A stretch of 64,000 nucleotides of DNA from an uncultured delta proteobacterium. GTDB taxonomy: Bacteria > Myxococcota > Myxococcia > Myxococcales > Anaeromyxobacteraceae. Below, piece by piece: positions 46,438 through 56,944 of the stretch; within the stretch, counting starts at the first letter, position 1, and every line of letters begins with the position of its first letter. The DNA lies in NCBI GenBank assembly GCA_963828255.1, contig CAWHDZ010000034.1, positions 124,862 through 188,861 of the forward strand, read 5' to 3'. The notes below the pieces were generated by a model. The model made no database searches. It was not told the origin of the DNA and saw only the letters and a list, made by a program, of their open reading frames with translations. The position numbers and the translations under genes are program-made.

Positions 46438-47262
46438 CTAGTCCCGCAGCAGCCGGTAGATGCCGTACCCGAGCAGGGCCGCCACGACGGCCGGGCCGGC
46501 GATCACCATGGCCGTTCCAGCAACCATCCCGCCCCCGACTCCACCACCGATTGCCGCGAGACCCGAGGTAATGCCAGCCGCGCTCAGGCCGGGGACTCCA
46601 GCCGCCGCGACCGCTCCGATTGCGCCCGCGGTGCCGGCAGCGCCCCCCACTGCCGTGGCCACCCGGCCCACCGCCCGGGCATCGCGCTCCCCCTGGGGGA
46701 GGCTAACGTCGTCCTTCAGGACATGCCTCATCGCGACTGTCGAGATGATGGCAGGGGTCGCCGCGAGGGCCGCGAGGCCTGCGACTGCTCCGCCTCCCAC
46801 CGCCCCTCCCACGGTCGCCAGACCGCTCATAGTGCCCGCCCCGCTGAGCCCGGCGACGGACCCCGCCGCGCTGACGACCCCGAGCGAGCCCGCGACCGCA
46901 GCTCCGCCGGCTCCCGCACCGCCGGCGCTCGCCGCCTTGTCGGTCACCTGTTCGCTCTCAGCGACGCCGGTCTTGCACCAACGAGCGAAGTGCTCGCAGT
47001 TGTTCCCAGCGAGGCTGTACGCGCGCTCGCCGAGGCGTGAATGGGCCCGCTTGACGACGACGTCGACGGGGAAGCTGGCCCCGTACTTGACGGCGGCGAC
47101 ACGGCAGCCTCGGACGAAGACCTCCATCACGTCGACGCGGACGTGGGCGTTCACCTTTTCACCATGTTCCCCACGGTAGTGGATGACACGGCCGTCTCCG
47201 AGGTCGATGCCGTGATGGAAGTAGATGCCTCGGTCCACCTTGAGATGATCGCCTCTCGCCAT
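46438..47262 (-). CDS. LRAT/NC-domain (permuted NlpC/P60) protein with Gly/Ala-rich hydrophobic C-terminus
   Basis: AAGGAG RBS; GDHL, YFHHGI, VIHY, NNCEHFARWC. Confidence 0.85.
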   Translation of the reverse strand: MARGDHLKVDRGIYFHHGIDLGDGRVIHYRGEHGEKVNAHVRVDVMEVFVRGCRVAAVKYGASFPVDVVVKRAHSRLGERAYSLAGNNCEHFARWCKTGVAESEQVTDKAASAGGAGAGGAAVAGSLGVVSAAGSVAGLSGAGTMSGLATVGGAVGGGAVAGLAALAATPAIISTVAMRHVLKDDVSLPQGERDARAVGRVATAVGGAAGTAGAIGAVAAAGVPGLSAAGITSGLAAIGGGVGGGMVAGTAMVIAGPAVVAALLGYGIYRLLRD

Positions 47263-48052
47263 AGTCGACTCCTTTTCGTCACCCGTTACGATCAGGGGAC
47301 GCAGGACCTGACCGACTCCTGACAGCCAGGCCTGGCCGGCTGGACATGTCCGGCGGCTAGTTAGGCTTCCAGCTGAACTTGGCGAAAGGACTTGGGCCGT
47401 TACCGACGGGCTGCCCGCATCCCTGCTCCACGCGCTCTCGCGGCCCGACCCGTCGTGGTTCGTGCGCCCGAACCGGCTCGATGCGTCCCGGTCCATCCAC
47501 GGCGTGCCACACACGCTCCCGGTGATGATCCACGCGGTGGAGATCACGGAGGCGCTCCCCATGCAGCGCGGGAACGGTAGACCGTCGTCCAGACTGCCCT
47601 CTGGCACGGCCTAGGGCAGACGGAAACCAGGCGGACGACCTCCACGGCGCAAAGTGCGCCGTGGAAGTGGCCGGTCTAGGGCTTCGCCGCCGTTTGAACT
47701 TCTTCCCGCCCCCGCATGGGCAGGGATCGCTCATTGCACACTTGAATGTGGGACTCATTCTCGTCATCTGCTGCCTGGAATTGCTCGCGCCCTCTTTCCC
47801 GGGTGACGACAAAGCAGAATCTGCCTTCCGGCCTCGATGCGAGTCAGTTCTGGCGAGACGGCCGTGTCGCGGAAACACCGCCAGTTCCAACCTCATTCTG
47901 TTTTATGCGGAATGGCTGCCCGCTCCTTCATCCCCGTGCGTGCCGATGGCAGTGGAGGTGTCTCCGGGGAATGGGACACGAGCGCCAGCCCCTCGATCTC
48001 CTCACGCGGAATCGCCCCAATTCACAACCCTTACACATATGATGTCTTCCCA

Positions 48053-51000
48053 ATGCACGAGGATGTGAAGGCGGCCAGCGCGGAAGCGGAACTTGAGGAC
48101 GTTCGGGCGAGGTATCTAAACCTGTCCGAACAACACAAGCGGCGTCTCCTCGCATATGTCGCCAGGAACGACGACAAGGCCTTCGATCTATGGCTGACGC
48201 GCGTCCAGAAGCGGAGTCGGATCAAGGGCGTTCACCGCGGCAATGTGCTGGCCCGGGTGGCGCCCTATGGTGCGCACCTTGACGCGGCGCTCTTCGAACG
48301 TGGTCCGGGGTTGCCGATAAGAATATTCAAGTGCCGCTTCGGGTATGGTGACTATGAGCCGAACGCGACCTTCCTTCGGATGATGGAGGAGCGAGGTAAC
48401 GAGCGGAATGGGAGCGATCCCGAGTTGGTGCGAAGCGCTCTGGAGGAGATCGCAGCGCAGACCGATGACGAGGAGTTCGACCTCTACTGCGCGGCGCTTC
48501 GGTTGGTTGAGCCGCTGTGGTTCAAGGGCGCGTCAACTGAAACTCGCGCTCTTCTATCACCTGACAACACGGTCGATCAGGCAGGCGTTCCGCCGAATGC
48601 AACCGTCAAGGCTTCCGCGCCCGCGGAGCCGGACCAGATGGCTCAACCGGACGCGCTAGCCCAACCGGACACGGTGGCTCCGCCGGACGACGTGGACACC
48701 GATTCGCTTGCCGTCCCCGAGGGCACCGGACCGAACGACGAATCCGCGGCTGTCGGCCAGACCAACGCGGAGTTCGAGGCCGCTGCGAGCCTGCTTCTCG
48801 AGGCCGTGGAACTCGGTGCCGAGGACCTAGCCAAGGCCCATGACATCCTCAAGCACTGCGCGTCCGAGTATGAGCGATGGACTCGGGAGGCCCACGATCA
48901 ATACGCAAGCGGCTCTGCGGACGCCTATCGCAGCGCCACCGAGGCGATTGCCAACCTCCTTCCGCAACGCCAGGAAGCGGCGCGCAAGGTGAGTGCTACC
49001 TGCGAGGTCCTCGGGCCACAGATCGATGCCGTGGCGGCGTTGCTTGAGGGTGCTCCGGGGAACTCCGCGCTGGGGACTGTCCTTTCCCAGATCGCGGAGT
49101 CGGTTCAGGCTGCCAGGATCTCCTACGACTCCTCCATTGCCGATGGGCTGCGCAACGGAGCCGGTACGATTCGGGAACGCCTCAGGTCACTTCGGGAGGG
49201 CCAACTCGCGGGACTGAGCCAAGAGGTGAGTGCACTTGCGGCGAAGTTGGAGTCGCTCGACCAGGACGCTTCAGAGTCCCGCCACCTGATACAGGATCGA
49301 GTGTACCTGGACAGGCCCATCGACGAAGGCCGGCGGCGACTCGAGAACGAGGCGGCGATTCTGCGCCGCAGGATCGAGGAGGCCGATGCGAACCGGGCGT
49401 CACGCTCTCTCGAGGTCCTGGCCGAGATGCTCGACTCCAAGAAGGTGAGCGACTTCGGCCACGCAATCGCCTTGCTGAGGTCGGGCCAGACGGCTGGTGA
49501 GGCCCGACGCCTTCGCAGCCTCGGTCTTGGCTTGATGCAGCAGAACCGCGAGGCGGAAGGTCCTTTCGCCGACCGCCTGAGCGTCTGGCAGGACCTCGTA
49601 AGCATCATTACCGCGAATGGGGCGGACGCCCTCAGCCCCGACGAGTGTGCGCTATCTTTACCAGCAGGGATGCTGGAGCGGGTCGAGGATCTTGTCGCGG
49701 TTCTCCCCGGTGCCATCGAGGCAGTTGGGATTGCGCAGGAAGGCGACGCTCCGTGGGGCCTCGCCGAAGCGTTCTGGGCCGCGGGGTCCTTGGCTTGGGC
49801 AAGAGCCGCGGGCCAGGTCGCATGGGACCGAACCCGGTCCAGGCCAGCGCTCGCTCGATGGCTGCAGAAGTCGGGGTTGCCGCCAACCCGGCAGCAGCTT
49901 TCCGCTTTGGTCGAGGCACTCGGGGCGGCTGAGTGCATTGCCCTCCGCTCTTTGGCCGCTGCGCGTGGACTGGAGTCGGAGAACCACAGCGAAACCCTCC
50001 TGATCGCTGCCTGGATCGACCGGGAAGAGCCCTACCCGGACATTCACTGCCTCGAGGTCGCGGCGAACGGATACCTGGAATCAAACCTTCCCGGCGCAGT
50101 CGTCCTCTGTTCCGTCGCGGTGCGAAGCGGGCTCGAAGGCTTGATTTCCAATCGGTGGCTCGACGTGATTCGCACCGCGGGGTGCGGTCACGTTTCGGCA
50201 GTCTTCACGGCCTACCAGCGCATCGGCAGGGAGGAGCTTTCCAGGCGGGTCGCCCAACTCACCGAATCGAGAAATGCTGGGGAGGAACTCGTCCGTCTAA
50301 CAAGGGACCGCAACCCCAAGAGCGCAACGGCTTACGAGGTCTGGAAGAGGGACCTCGAACCACTGCTAGGAAGGTTCCGGGCTCGGCTCGTCGACTCGGC
50401 AACGCGACCGGAAGCGCTTAGCGAGCTTCAGGATCTTGATGCGGAAAAGGTCACACGCAATGCCGCCAATCGTCGAGCCCCTGGACTTAACCGCCGGGCC
50501 TTGGACACGCTCTGCGAGTGGGTCGAGGCTCACAAGGCTCGATTGCCAGTTGCAACTGTTCGCCCAGAGCTTCCCCTGGAATTCTACGAAGAACGAGTTC
50601 GCGGAGCTCTTCGCGGGGAAGCCGATATTCTCGTGCAATCAGGGCCTCTTGGAGTTGTAGCGAGAACGCTCCTCGCCGTGATCCTGAAGCACCCCTTCCC
50701 ACCGGCCCAACCGGGAAGCAACGTTGAGTTCGAGGATTGCCGAAGGACCGTCTTCGAACACCTTCTTTCCATGGACGCCGACCCTCTCGTTTATTGGCGA
50801 TTCATGACTAGCGACGGTCCCGGATGGCTGGAGGCAACTGGCGAGGACGTCCTCGAGAGGATTGCTGACGGTTCGGGCTGGCGCCTCGCGGCCCTCGGGT
50901 ACATTCGAGGGAGGCGATATGGGCTGGCGGAGCGCCTGCTCGCGGCGACCCCGGCCGGCGAAAAGCCCGTGATCGAGGAAATTGTCCGTCCGAAGATTGA

Positions 51001-53857
51001 GGACGTTCGCAAGGACCAGAGGGGCTTGATCGAGGCACTCGCCATCGCTCCGCTCGAGGCCGCAAGTGCCGGTTGGGGAGTCGACGCGAAGCCTGAGTTG
51101 CGCTTTGACATCGAAAGGCTTCAGGAGGGAGCGCGCCTACTTCTCGCCAAGTTGGGCTCGCAAGACGTTGACGCGGTGGAGCGCGAACTTGCCGGTCTCC
51201 TCGACCAAATCGCCATTGTGACCGAGGACTGTGCAGCAGCGGAGCGCGCGGAACGAGATCTTGTCGCGAATCGCATCTTCCGCGCTGCAGAGCAGTTCCG
51301 CTGCGGCAACCCCATCTCCCAGCCTGTCCTTGTGACACGCCTGATTCTGGCAGCATCGAGCGGACACCGGACAGAGGCCACTCGCCTGGCGACGGTACCT
51401 CCGGAGTCGCATGATTATTCCCGCGAGGAGCCGCGGTCCGAACCCGAAGGCGACGCCCTGACGGCACCGGTTGCAACCCGATCCCATCCCTGCATGGAAG
51501 TGTCGGTCTCGCAGTTAAGCGTCCTCACCAAGGGCGCCTGGGACTTGACGACCGTCCCCGACGGCTTCCAGGTGAACGGCACTCCCGGTGATGTCGCCGC
51601 TTCCAGCAGTACTGATCGATTTGACTCCCTCCTTCGATCAGCGAAGAAGCTTCACGGCACGGGCGACGGGCGGTGGAGGAACTGGCTCGCATGTTGGGCC
51701 GTGGAGATGGGCAAGCGGCGCGCCAAGGATAGCAGCTTCGTAAATACCGCGATGCTGTCGCGTGACGCGCTCGTGCTACTCGCTCCTACCGGGTCGGACG
51801 ACGAGTTGCTCCGGGATCAAGCCCTGCTGTTGTGGCTTGCCTCGAGAATCGAGACTACCAACCTCTCGCTGGCCCGGCAGGCGCCGGACTGGGACGTGCT
51901 GCTTCGCTCTGCTGGTGTTCGAGTGCTGGGTCAGATCGTTCGGAGGTTTTTCGAGCTCGGAGCCGGGGACCTCCTCGCCGAGTCGCTGGCGGATCTCGCA
52001 GAGGTCGGAGGCGCGCCACTTCCGCGCGTCCTTTCGACCCTTGCAGGGAAGGAGTTTCACCTGCGGGCCCAGCTAGTCCGGGACCTAGTTCGGTTTGCCC
52101 CGGAGGGCGGTGGCGGGAACTTGCGAGTGACCGTCGACCTGCTGATGCCTTGGCTGGCACCGGAAGCAATCGAGAGCGTCGAGCGGAACTTGGCGGCAGC
52201 CATGGCGGGAGGCGGCGATTCATCGGCTCCTACTGCCGTCGCAAGGCAGGCTCTCGTTGACGCCGCGGTCCCACAGGAGATCCTGGAGCGCCTAGAGGAC
52301 GGGCTGAGGCGACGCGCAGAAGGGGACGCATCCCAGTCCGAGACGGGGCAGGCTCACCGCCTTACTGGCCGCGTACTCTCCAAGTCGATCTACGCATCCG
52401 CTACTGAGACCGAGGCCGGAGGAGAGATCGTCGTCGAGATCGGGCGGAGGGGTGGCAAGGGCACCCTCAGGGGGCTTCGAGCCGCCCTCACTCTCGAGCA
52501 TCCTTCGCTCGCCATCGAGGCCGAGAACCGAGTACGCGACCTCGGGGTCTTGCGCCCCGACGAGACCAAGGAGTTGACGTTCAAGTTCGTCGTCGCTTCT
52601 CCAGGCATTTCGGCAGCGCCCTCGGCCAAGGCGACCGCAACCGTCTTGGTATACGGCAGCGAGGACGCCCCACTCCTCCAGCGTCGTTTCGTGATCAATG
52701 TCGGGAAGGAGTACCCGTATCGCCACGCCTTGAGCCCTTACGTCTACGGGAAGTGCCTCACTAGCCTCGATCTCATCAAGGGTCGCGAACGGGAGACGAC
52801 CGAGATCCTCGACACCTTGCGGGGACAGCATGACGACAACTTCGTCGTGATCTACGGGATGCGACGAATCGGGAAGTCCTCGCTCCTCCAGAAACTCAGC
52901 TTGGACGTGCGCGCCCGCAGGCGATACGTGCCCGTCCACCTCGATCTCGAGCACTACCTCAAGTCGAAGGACACGTCCGTGACCTTCCTGGAAAAGCTTG
53001 CCGAGGGGATCCAGCGCGACATTCCCGATCGACGCGCTAAGGAGGTACGCCCTCCAGCCGGTGCCACCGACGCCCGCATCTTCCCTGAGTTCGAGAAGTA
53101 CCTTCGCGCCGTGGCCGACCGGTTGGCTCCCGAGAAGCGCTTGCTCCTGCTCTTCGACGAGTTTCAGATGCTCTTCACGCGCTCGATGGCCGAGCAGATG
53201 CAGGATGTCATCAAGAGTCTTCGGCACTGGATCCAGTTCCTGCCGATTTCCTTCGTTGCTGCTGGTACTCCGGAACTGCAGGACGCGACCATCGGGCCGG
53301 AGCAGCGGCTTTTCCAACTGGGTGTGCCGATCAAGGTGGGCCCGCTCGACGAGATAGCCGCCCGGGACCTGATTCGCGAGCCGGTGGCACAGACCTTCTA
53401 CGTGACCCCGCGGGCCGTCGACGCCATCGTCAACGACTGCAAGGGGTTGCCCAACCTTATCCAAGCGGTCTGCGTTGGGCTCTTCAACAACGTGAAAGCG
53501 TCAGAGAAGACCGTGGCGACATTTGATGACGCGGAACGCGCGCTCGATCAGGTGTCCTCCGCAGCGGAGTACTTCTCGTTCCTCATCGCCCCCCTTGAGC
53601 GGAAGAGCATGCAGAAGATGGTTATGCGGGCCCTCGCCGCAATCACGCAGGACGAGGCCAGAGGCACGCCAGAGGGGATCCTGGATCACCTTCGGATTCA
53701 CGGGAGGGGCGACGAGATCGACCAGGCATCCCTGGAAATGGTGCTGAAGGAGCTGAAGGACTTGGGAATCGCATTCCATTGGCAGAAGGGGGAGTGGCGC
53801 CTGCAGCCACCGATCCTCGCGCGCCACGTCATGCAAAGAGCGGAGTTCGCACTGTGA
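48053..53857 (+). CDS. Very large protein with C-terminal STAND/AAA-type NTPase and winged helix (start uncertain)
   Basis: SPYVYG...GRERE, GMRRIGKSS (Walker A), LLLFDEFQ (Walker B), GLPNLIQ; preceded by a beta-sandwich segment and about 1400 aa of helical sequence. Confidence 0.75.
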   Translation: MHEDVKAASAEAELEDVRARYLNLSEQHKRRLLAYVARNDDKAFDLWLTRVQKRSRIKGVHRGNVLARVAPYGAHLDAALFERGPGLPIRIFKCRFGYGDYEPNATFLRMMEERGNERNGSDPELVRSALEEIAAQTDDEEFDLYCAALRLVEPLWFKGASTETRALLSPDNTVDQAGVPPNATVKASAPAEPDQMAQPDALAQPDTVAPPDDVDTDSLAVPEGTGPNDESAAVGQTNAEFEAAASLLLEAVELGAEDLAKAHDILKHCASEYERWTREAHDQYASGSADAYRSATEAIANLLPQRQEAARKVSATCEVLGPQIDAVAALLEGAPGNSALGTVLSQIAESVQAARISYDSSIADGLRNGAGTIRERLRSLREGQLAGLSQEVSALAAKLESLDQDASESRHLIQDRVYLDRPIDEGRRRLENEAAILRRRIEEADANRASRSLEVLAEMLDSKKVSDFGHAIALLRSGQTAGEARRLRSLGLGLMQQNREAEGPFADRLSVWQDLVSIITANGADALSPDECALSLPAGMLERVEDLVAVLPGAIEAVGIAQEGDAPWGLAEAFWAAGSLAWARAAGQVAWDRTRSRPALARWLQKSGLPPTRQQLSALVEALGAAECIALRSLAAARGLESENHSETLLIAAWIDREEPYPDIHCLEVAANGYLESNLPGAVVLCSVAVRSGLEGLISNRWLDVIRTAGCGHVSAVFTAYQRIGREELSRRVAQLTESRNAGEELVRLTRDRNPKSATAYEVWKRDLEPLLGRFRARLVDSATRPEALSELQDLDAEKVTRNAANRRAPGLNRRALDTLCEWVEAHKARLPVATVRPELPLEFYEERVRGALRGEADILVQSGPLGVVARTLLAVILKHPFPPAQPGSNVEFEDCRRTVFEHLLSMDADPLVYWRFMTSDGPGWLEATGEDVLERIADGSGWRLAALGYIRGRRYGLAERLLAATPAGEKPVIEEIVRPKIEDVRKDQRGLIEALAIAPLEAASAGWGVDAKPELRFDIERLQEGARLLLAKLGSQDVDAVERELAGLLDQIAIVTEDCAAAERAERDLVANRIFRAAEQFRCGNPISQPVLVTRLILAASSGHRTEATRLATVPPESHDYSREEPRSEPEGDALTAPVATRSHPCMEVSVSQLSVLTKGAWDLTTVPDGFQVNGTPGDVAASSSTDRFDSLLRSAKKLHGTGDGRWRNWLACWAVEMGKRRAKDSSFVNTAMLSRDALVLLAPTGSDDELLRDQALLLWLASRIETTNLSLARQAPDWDVLLRSAGVRVLGQIVRRFFELGAGDLLAESLADLAEVGGAPLPRVLSTLAGKEFHLRAQLVRDLVRFAPEGGGGNLRVTVDLLMPWLAPEAIESVERNLAAAMAGGGDSSAPTAVARQALVDAAVPQEILERLEDGLRRRAEGDASQSETGQAHRLTGRVLSKSIYASATETEAGGEIVVEIGRRGGKGTLRGLRAALTLEHPSLAIEAENRVRDLGVLRPDETKELTFKFVVASPGISAAPSAKATATVLVYGSEDAPLLQRRFVINVGKEYPYRHALSPYVYGKCLTSLDLIKGRERETTEILDTLRGQHDDNFVVIYGMRRIGKSSLLQKLSLDVRARRRYVPVHLDLEHYLKSKDTSVTFLEKLAEGIQRDIPDRRAKEVRPPAGATDARIFPEFEKYLRAVADRLAPEKRLLLLFDEFQMLFTRSMAEQMQDVIKSLRHWIQFLPISFVAAGTPELQDATIGPEQRLFQLGVPIKVGPLDEIAARDLIREPVAQTFYVTPRAVDAIVNDCKGLPNLIQAVCVGLFNNVKASEKTVATFDDAERALDQVSSAAEYFSFLIAPLERKSMQKMVMRALAAITQDEARGTPEGILDHLRIHGRGDEIDQASLEMVLKELKDLGIAFHWQKGEWRLQPPILARHVMQRAEFAL

Positions 53858-55470
53858 ACGATTCGAACCGCACGCAACCCTTCGGAGCGCGACAGGCGCT
53901 CCCGCCCGGCGCGACATCCTTTGGCGGACGGAAACGACTGGACGAGGTTCTCGCTCTGCTGGGAACACTCGATTCCGAGAATTCCGTATCGGTCTCCGGT
54001 CCCAGACAGAGCGGTAAGTCGAGCCTCCTGCAGCAGTTGTCCGACGCCAGCGCCCTGCAGCCGTATCCTAGCCTAACCGGTGCACTCGTGGTTCAGGCCG
54101 ACTTCAGGGATTTTCGCGGAAGGGCGGCCAGCGCGATCCAATACCTTATCGACACAATCGCAGCGAAACTCGATGAGGAGGCCGTTCCAGGCGGAGCTGC
54201 GGTCCGCAAGTCGGGGACTATGGTGACGGCGGTGCGGAATGCCCTGCACGCTTTGGGCGGACGTCGCCTTATTATCGCGATCGACGACTTCGAGTACGTC
54301 GGGTCGGACCTGAAGAAGGACGAGCAAGCAGACCTTCGGAACGCCGTGTACAAGCAGCCAAACGCAGGTTATGTCGTCGCATCCAGACTGGCGCTCTCCC
54401 GGTGTTTGGAGGAATTCGGGGATCCCCTGAGCGATTTCGCTCCCTCTTGCGTGCGTCTCCCCCGCCTGCTTGGGCCGCTAGGTGTGAGGGATATCCAGCA
54501 CATGATCGAGCGGGCCCTCCCGACGATGCCGGCCGAGACGAGGCATGCGGCCGCAAAGGTTGTCCATGACCGAGTCGGGGGCTTTGCATGCTGGGTTCAG
54601 CAGGCTCTTGCGCTGGCCGTCAGGCATATTCCAGACAGCGACGGGCGGCTCCTCGAACGGCAGTTTGAAGATGAGCTCTTCGAGCGCCTTCAGGACGACT
54701 TCGCACTCGGGTATAGGCGCCTGTCGGCACGGACCCAGCGTTACATCGAGGAGTCGGCGATTGGGGATGGCCTGGACGGCGAGGATCAACTCGAGCTCGA
54801 GATCAGCGGGTGGACCACTCCCGGGAGCCCGACCTTCAAGCCCAGCGGCAACCTCGTGGAGCGCTGGATCCGGTCGGGCGCCTGGGAGCGCCAGCCCGTG
54901 CGCGCCGCCGCCGTCGAGTCCGACCCGTATGAGCGCCTCGTCAGGGCCGTCGAACTCGTAAACCGTCGTCACCAGCGAGCCACCGGGCGGGCAAGCGAGT
55001 TCGTGATCCGTCCCGATGTCTTCTTCTCCTCTAGCGACATTGCGTTCCTTCGGAGGGAAACGCAGTGCGAGGAAGACCTGGGGCGAAAGGTTCTGGTTCT
55101 GGCCCGACTCCTCTACGAGGGTTCGGGCGGAGCAACCAAGGGGCGCCTTCGACTCCCTCAGTGGTGCTACGACGATCCCGGCAGCATCGTCTACCAGGTG
55201 ACTCGGCTCCGGCACGCCTTCGTTCACCTCGAGAACCCCAACGCCTCAGAGGCGTCCAGGGACCTTCAGGCCGAGGCGCAGGTCTATAGAAGGTACGTCG
55301 GCGTGCTGGATCCCAGTTCGCTCGACCAGTACAAGAAGCTTGGCGAGGCCTTGATTGAAGAGGCAATCTTCCAGCTTGAGTGCATGAGGGACTACTGCCC
55401 GTTCGTGCCGGATCTCAAGCTCGGCGCCCTGATCGCCGAATCCAGAGGAGGCTCAGGGGCGAAGGATTGA
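53854..55470 (+). CDS. STAND/AAA-type NTPase with putative C-terminal HEPN-like domain
   Basis: FGGRK, GPRQSGKSS, IIAIDDFE; C-terminal LRHAFVH; GTGA overlap with the upstream gene. Confidence 0.72.
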   Translation: MNDSNRTQPFGARQALPPGATSFGGRKRLDEVLALLGTLDSENSVSVSGPRQSGKSSLLQQLSDASALQPYPSLTGALVVQADFRDFRGRAASAIQYLIDTIAAKLDEEAVPGGAAVRKSGTMVTAVRNALHALGGRRLIIAIDDFEYVGSDLKKDEQADLRNAVYKQPNAGYVVASRLALSRCLEEFGDPLSDFAPSCVRLPRLLGPLGVRDIQHMIERALPTMPAETRHAAAKVVHDRVGGFACWVQQALALAVRHIPDSDGRLLERQFEDELFERLQDDFALGYRRLSARTQRYIEESAIGDGLDGEDQLELEISGWTTPGSPTFKPSGNLVERWIRSGAWERQPVRAAAVESDPYERLVRAVELVNRRHQRATGRASEFVIRPDVFFSSSDIAFLRRETQCEEDLGRKVLVLARLLYEGSGGATKGRLRLPQWCYDDPGSIVYQVTRLRHAFVHLENPNASEASRDLQAEAQVYRRYVGVLDPSSLDQYKKLGEALIEEAIFQLECMRDYCPFVPDLKLGALIAESRGGSGAKD

Positions 55471-55562
55471 AACCTTGGCCTGCGGCGGGCAGTACTGGGC
55501 CCCTACGTTGATGCGATCGAGGTGGGCTCCCGTCGAACAAGGCGATCCTCGACGAAGGGCGC

Positions 55563-56447
55563 TCACCCCCGGATGAGGACGCCATCCGCCCGCGCACGGA
55601 ATTCCTGACGCACGTGGTCGGGCAGGCGCAACGCGTTCGGGCGCTCGTCGAGCACCAGATAGACGGGGACCTCTTGGCGCTTCGGGGTCGTCGAGGCGTC
55701 AAGCAGGAAGTGGACGGGGCCGTCCGCTGGTCCAGTGCCTGCCAGTACCAGTGCGAGCATCCCACATCGCTGCTGCCCAGCGAGGAAGTCCTCCGGCGAA
55801 AGAAACCTGGCGAAGTCCCGGTAGCCCGGACCGCATCCCTTCATCCAGGCGTCGAGCGCGGGCGAATAGCGGGCAGCCTTCTTCCTGATCGTGCTGGAAC
55901 TCCGCGCGTTAGCCATCGCCTCCTCAAGGAAGCTTCCCTGGGGGTGGGCGAACCAAGCCGGATAGACAGGCCGGGCATTCATGATCTCGATTCGCGTCAT
56001 CCCGGTCTCGGCGACACAGTGTTGCACCTCGTGCTCGACGAGCGCATCGAACGCGACGTCGGCCGCCTTCTCATCCCAGGTTCCGTGGGCAAGGGCGACC
56101 GCGAGTCGCACGATCCCCGGCTCGTGAACATAGATGCCCCACGCGCCCGCCACGTAGAAGTGGAACGGGCGGTAGAAGGCGAGGGCGTCCGGGGCGACAC
56201 CTACGACGGACTCCGACCCATGGAGTTCGGGGGCAGCCTCCCCGTGCCTGGGCAAGAAGCGCCCATCGAACTCGACCGAGTCCTCGAGCCAGTCCGGAGC
56301 GCGGGGCCGATCGATCCTGGGGAAATCGATGTCAACGTTCCCGAGACCGAGCAGAGCCGCATCCGGTCGGGGCGGCGGCGCCGACCGCTCTCGAAGGGGC
56401 GCAGCGGGGCGGTCATGCGCAAAGGTGACGTAGTCCTTCAGGTACAT
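55563..56447 (-). CDS. Putative zincin metallopeptidase-like protein
   Basis: GGAGG RBS; HEVQH followed by EEAMANA. Confidence 0.6.
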   Translation of the reverse strand: MYLKDYVTFAHDRPAAPLRERSAPPPRPDAALLGLGNVDIDFPRIDRPRAPDWLEDSVEFDGRFLPRHGEAAPELHGSESVVGVAPDALAFYRPFHFYVAGAWGIYVHEPGIVRLAVALAHGTWDEKAADVAFDALVEHEVQHCVAETGMTRIEIMNARPVYPAWFAHPQGSFLEEAMANARSSSTIRKKAARYSPALDAWMKGCGPGYRDFARFLSPEDFLAGQQRCGMLALVLAGTGPADGPVHFLLDASTTPKRQEVPVYLVLDERPNALRLPDHVRQEFRARADGVLIRG

Positions 56448-56631
56448 GCATCCTCCTGTCTTCCGCAGCGCCGGCCAGCGAAACAGTGGTAGCGACCGGC
56501 TCGGGCAACGCGGGCATCGCCGGCGCCGGTCCATGAGATGGCTGCGATCCAGTTTTCGCTCACCCTGTTCTTCCTATTCCTCCATTCATGGAGGCTTTTC
56601 CAGGACTCTCCTGACAAGCGCCTAGACTTGT

Positions 56632-56871
56632 TCACTCGAAGGCGAGTCCCGTAGACGGTGCCGGGGCGTCCTGCCGGATACGTGACGCCCGTCGCCATCG
56701 GATGTCCTCCGCCCGCTTGCTGTCGAGCAGGCGACGCCAGCAGCCGGGACACAGGCCATGGTCCCGGCGGGATGCGATCCCGCCACCGTTCGGTCGGCGG
56801 AAGCAGGCATGGCGCCCGCAGGTGCAGCGGGTACGGCTGATGCGTGCGTTTCTCGTGGCACTTAAAGACAT
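56632..56871 (-). CDS. Small Cys-rich (Zn-finger-like) basic protein
   Basis: AGGAGG RBS; CTCGRHAC...HGLCPGC. Confidence 0.5.
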   Translation of the reverse strand: MSLSATRNARISRTRCTCGRHACFRRPNGGGIASRRDHGLCPGCWRRLLDSKRAEDIRWRRASRIRQDAPAPSTGLAFE

Positions 56872-56944
56872 GTCGGCCCTCCTGATTTCCCAGACGTATC
56901 TGGCCTCCGGCTCCTGACACGCTTCTGCATCAGGCACGCACCTT

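Noticed and set aside
47680..47745. SEC-C-like motif (DPCPCGGGKKFKR) on the minus strand
   Set aside because: No credible surrounding gene; at most a remnant
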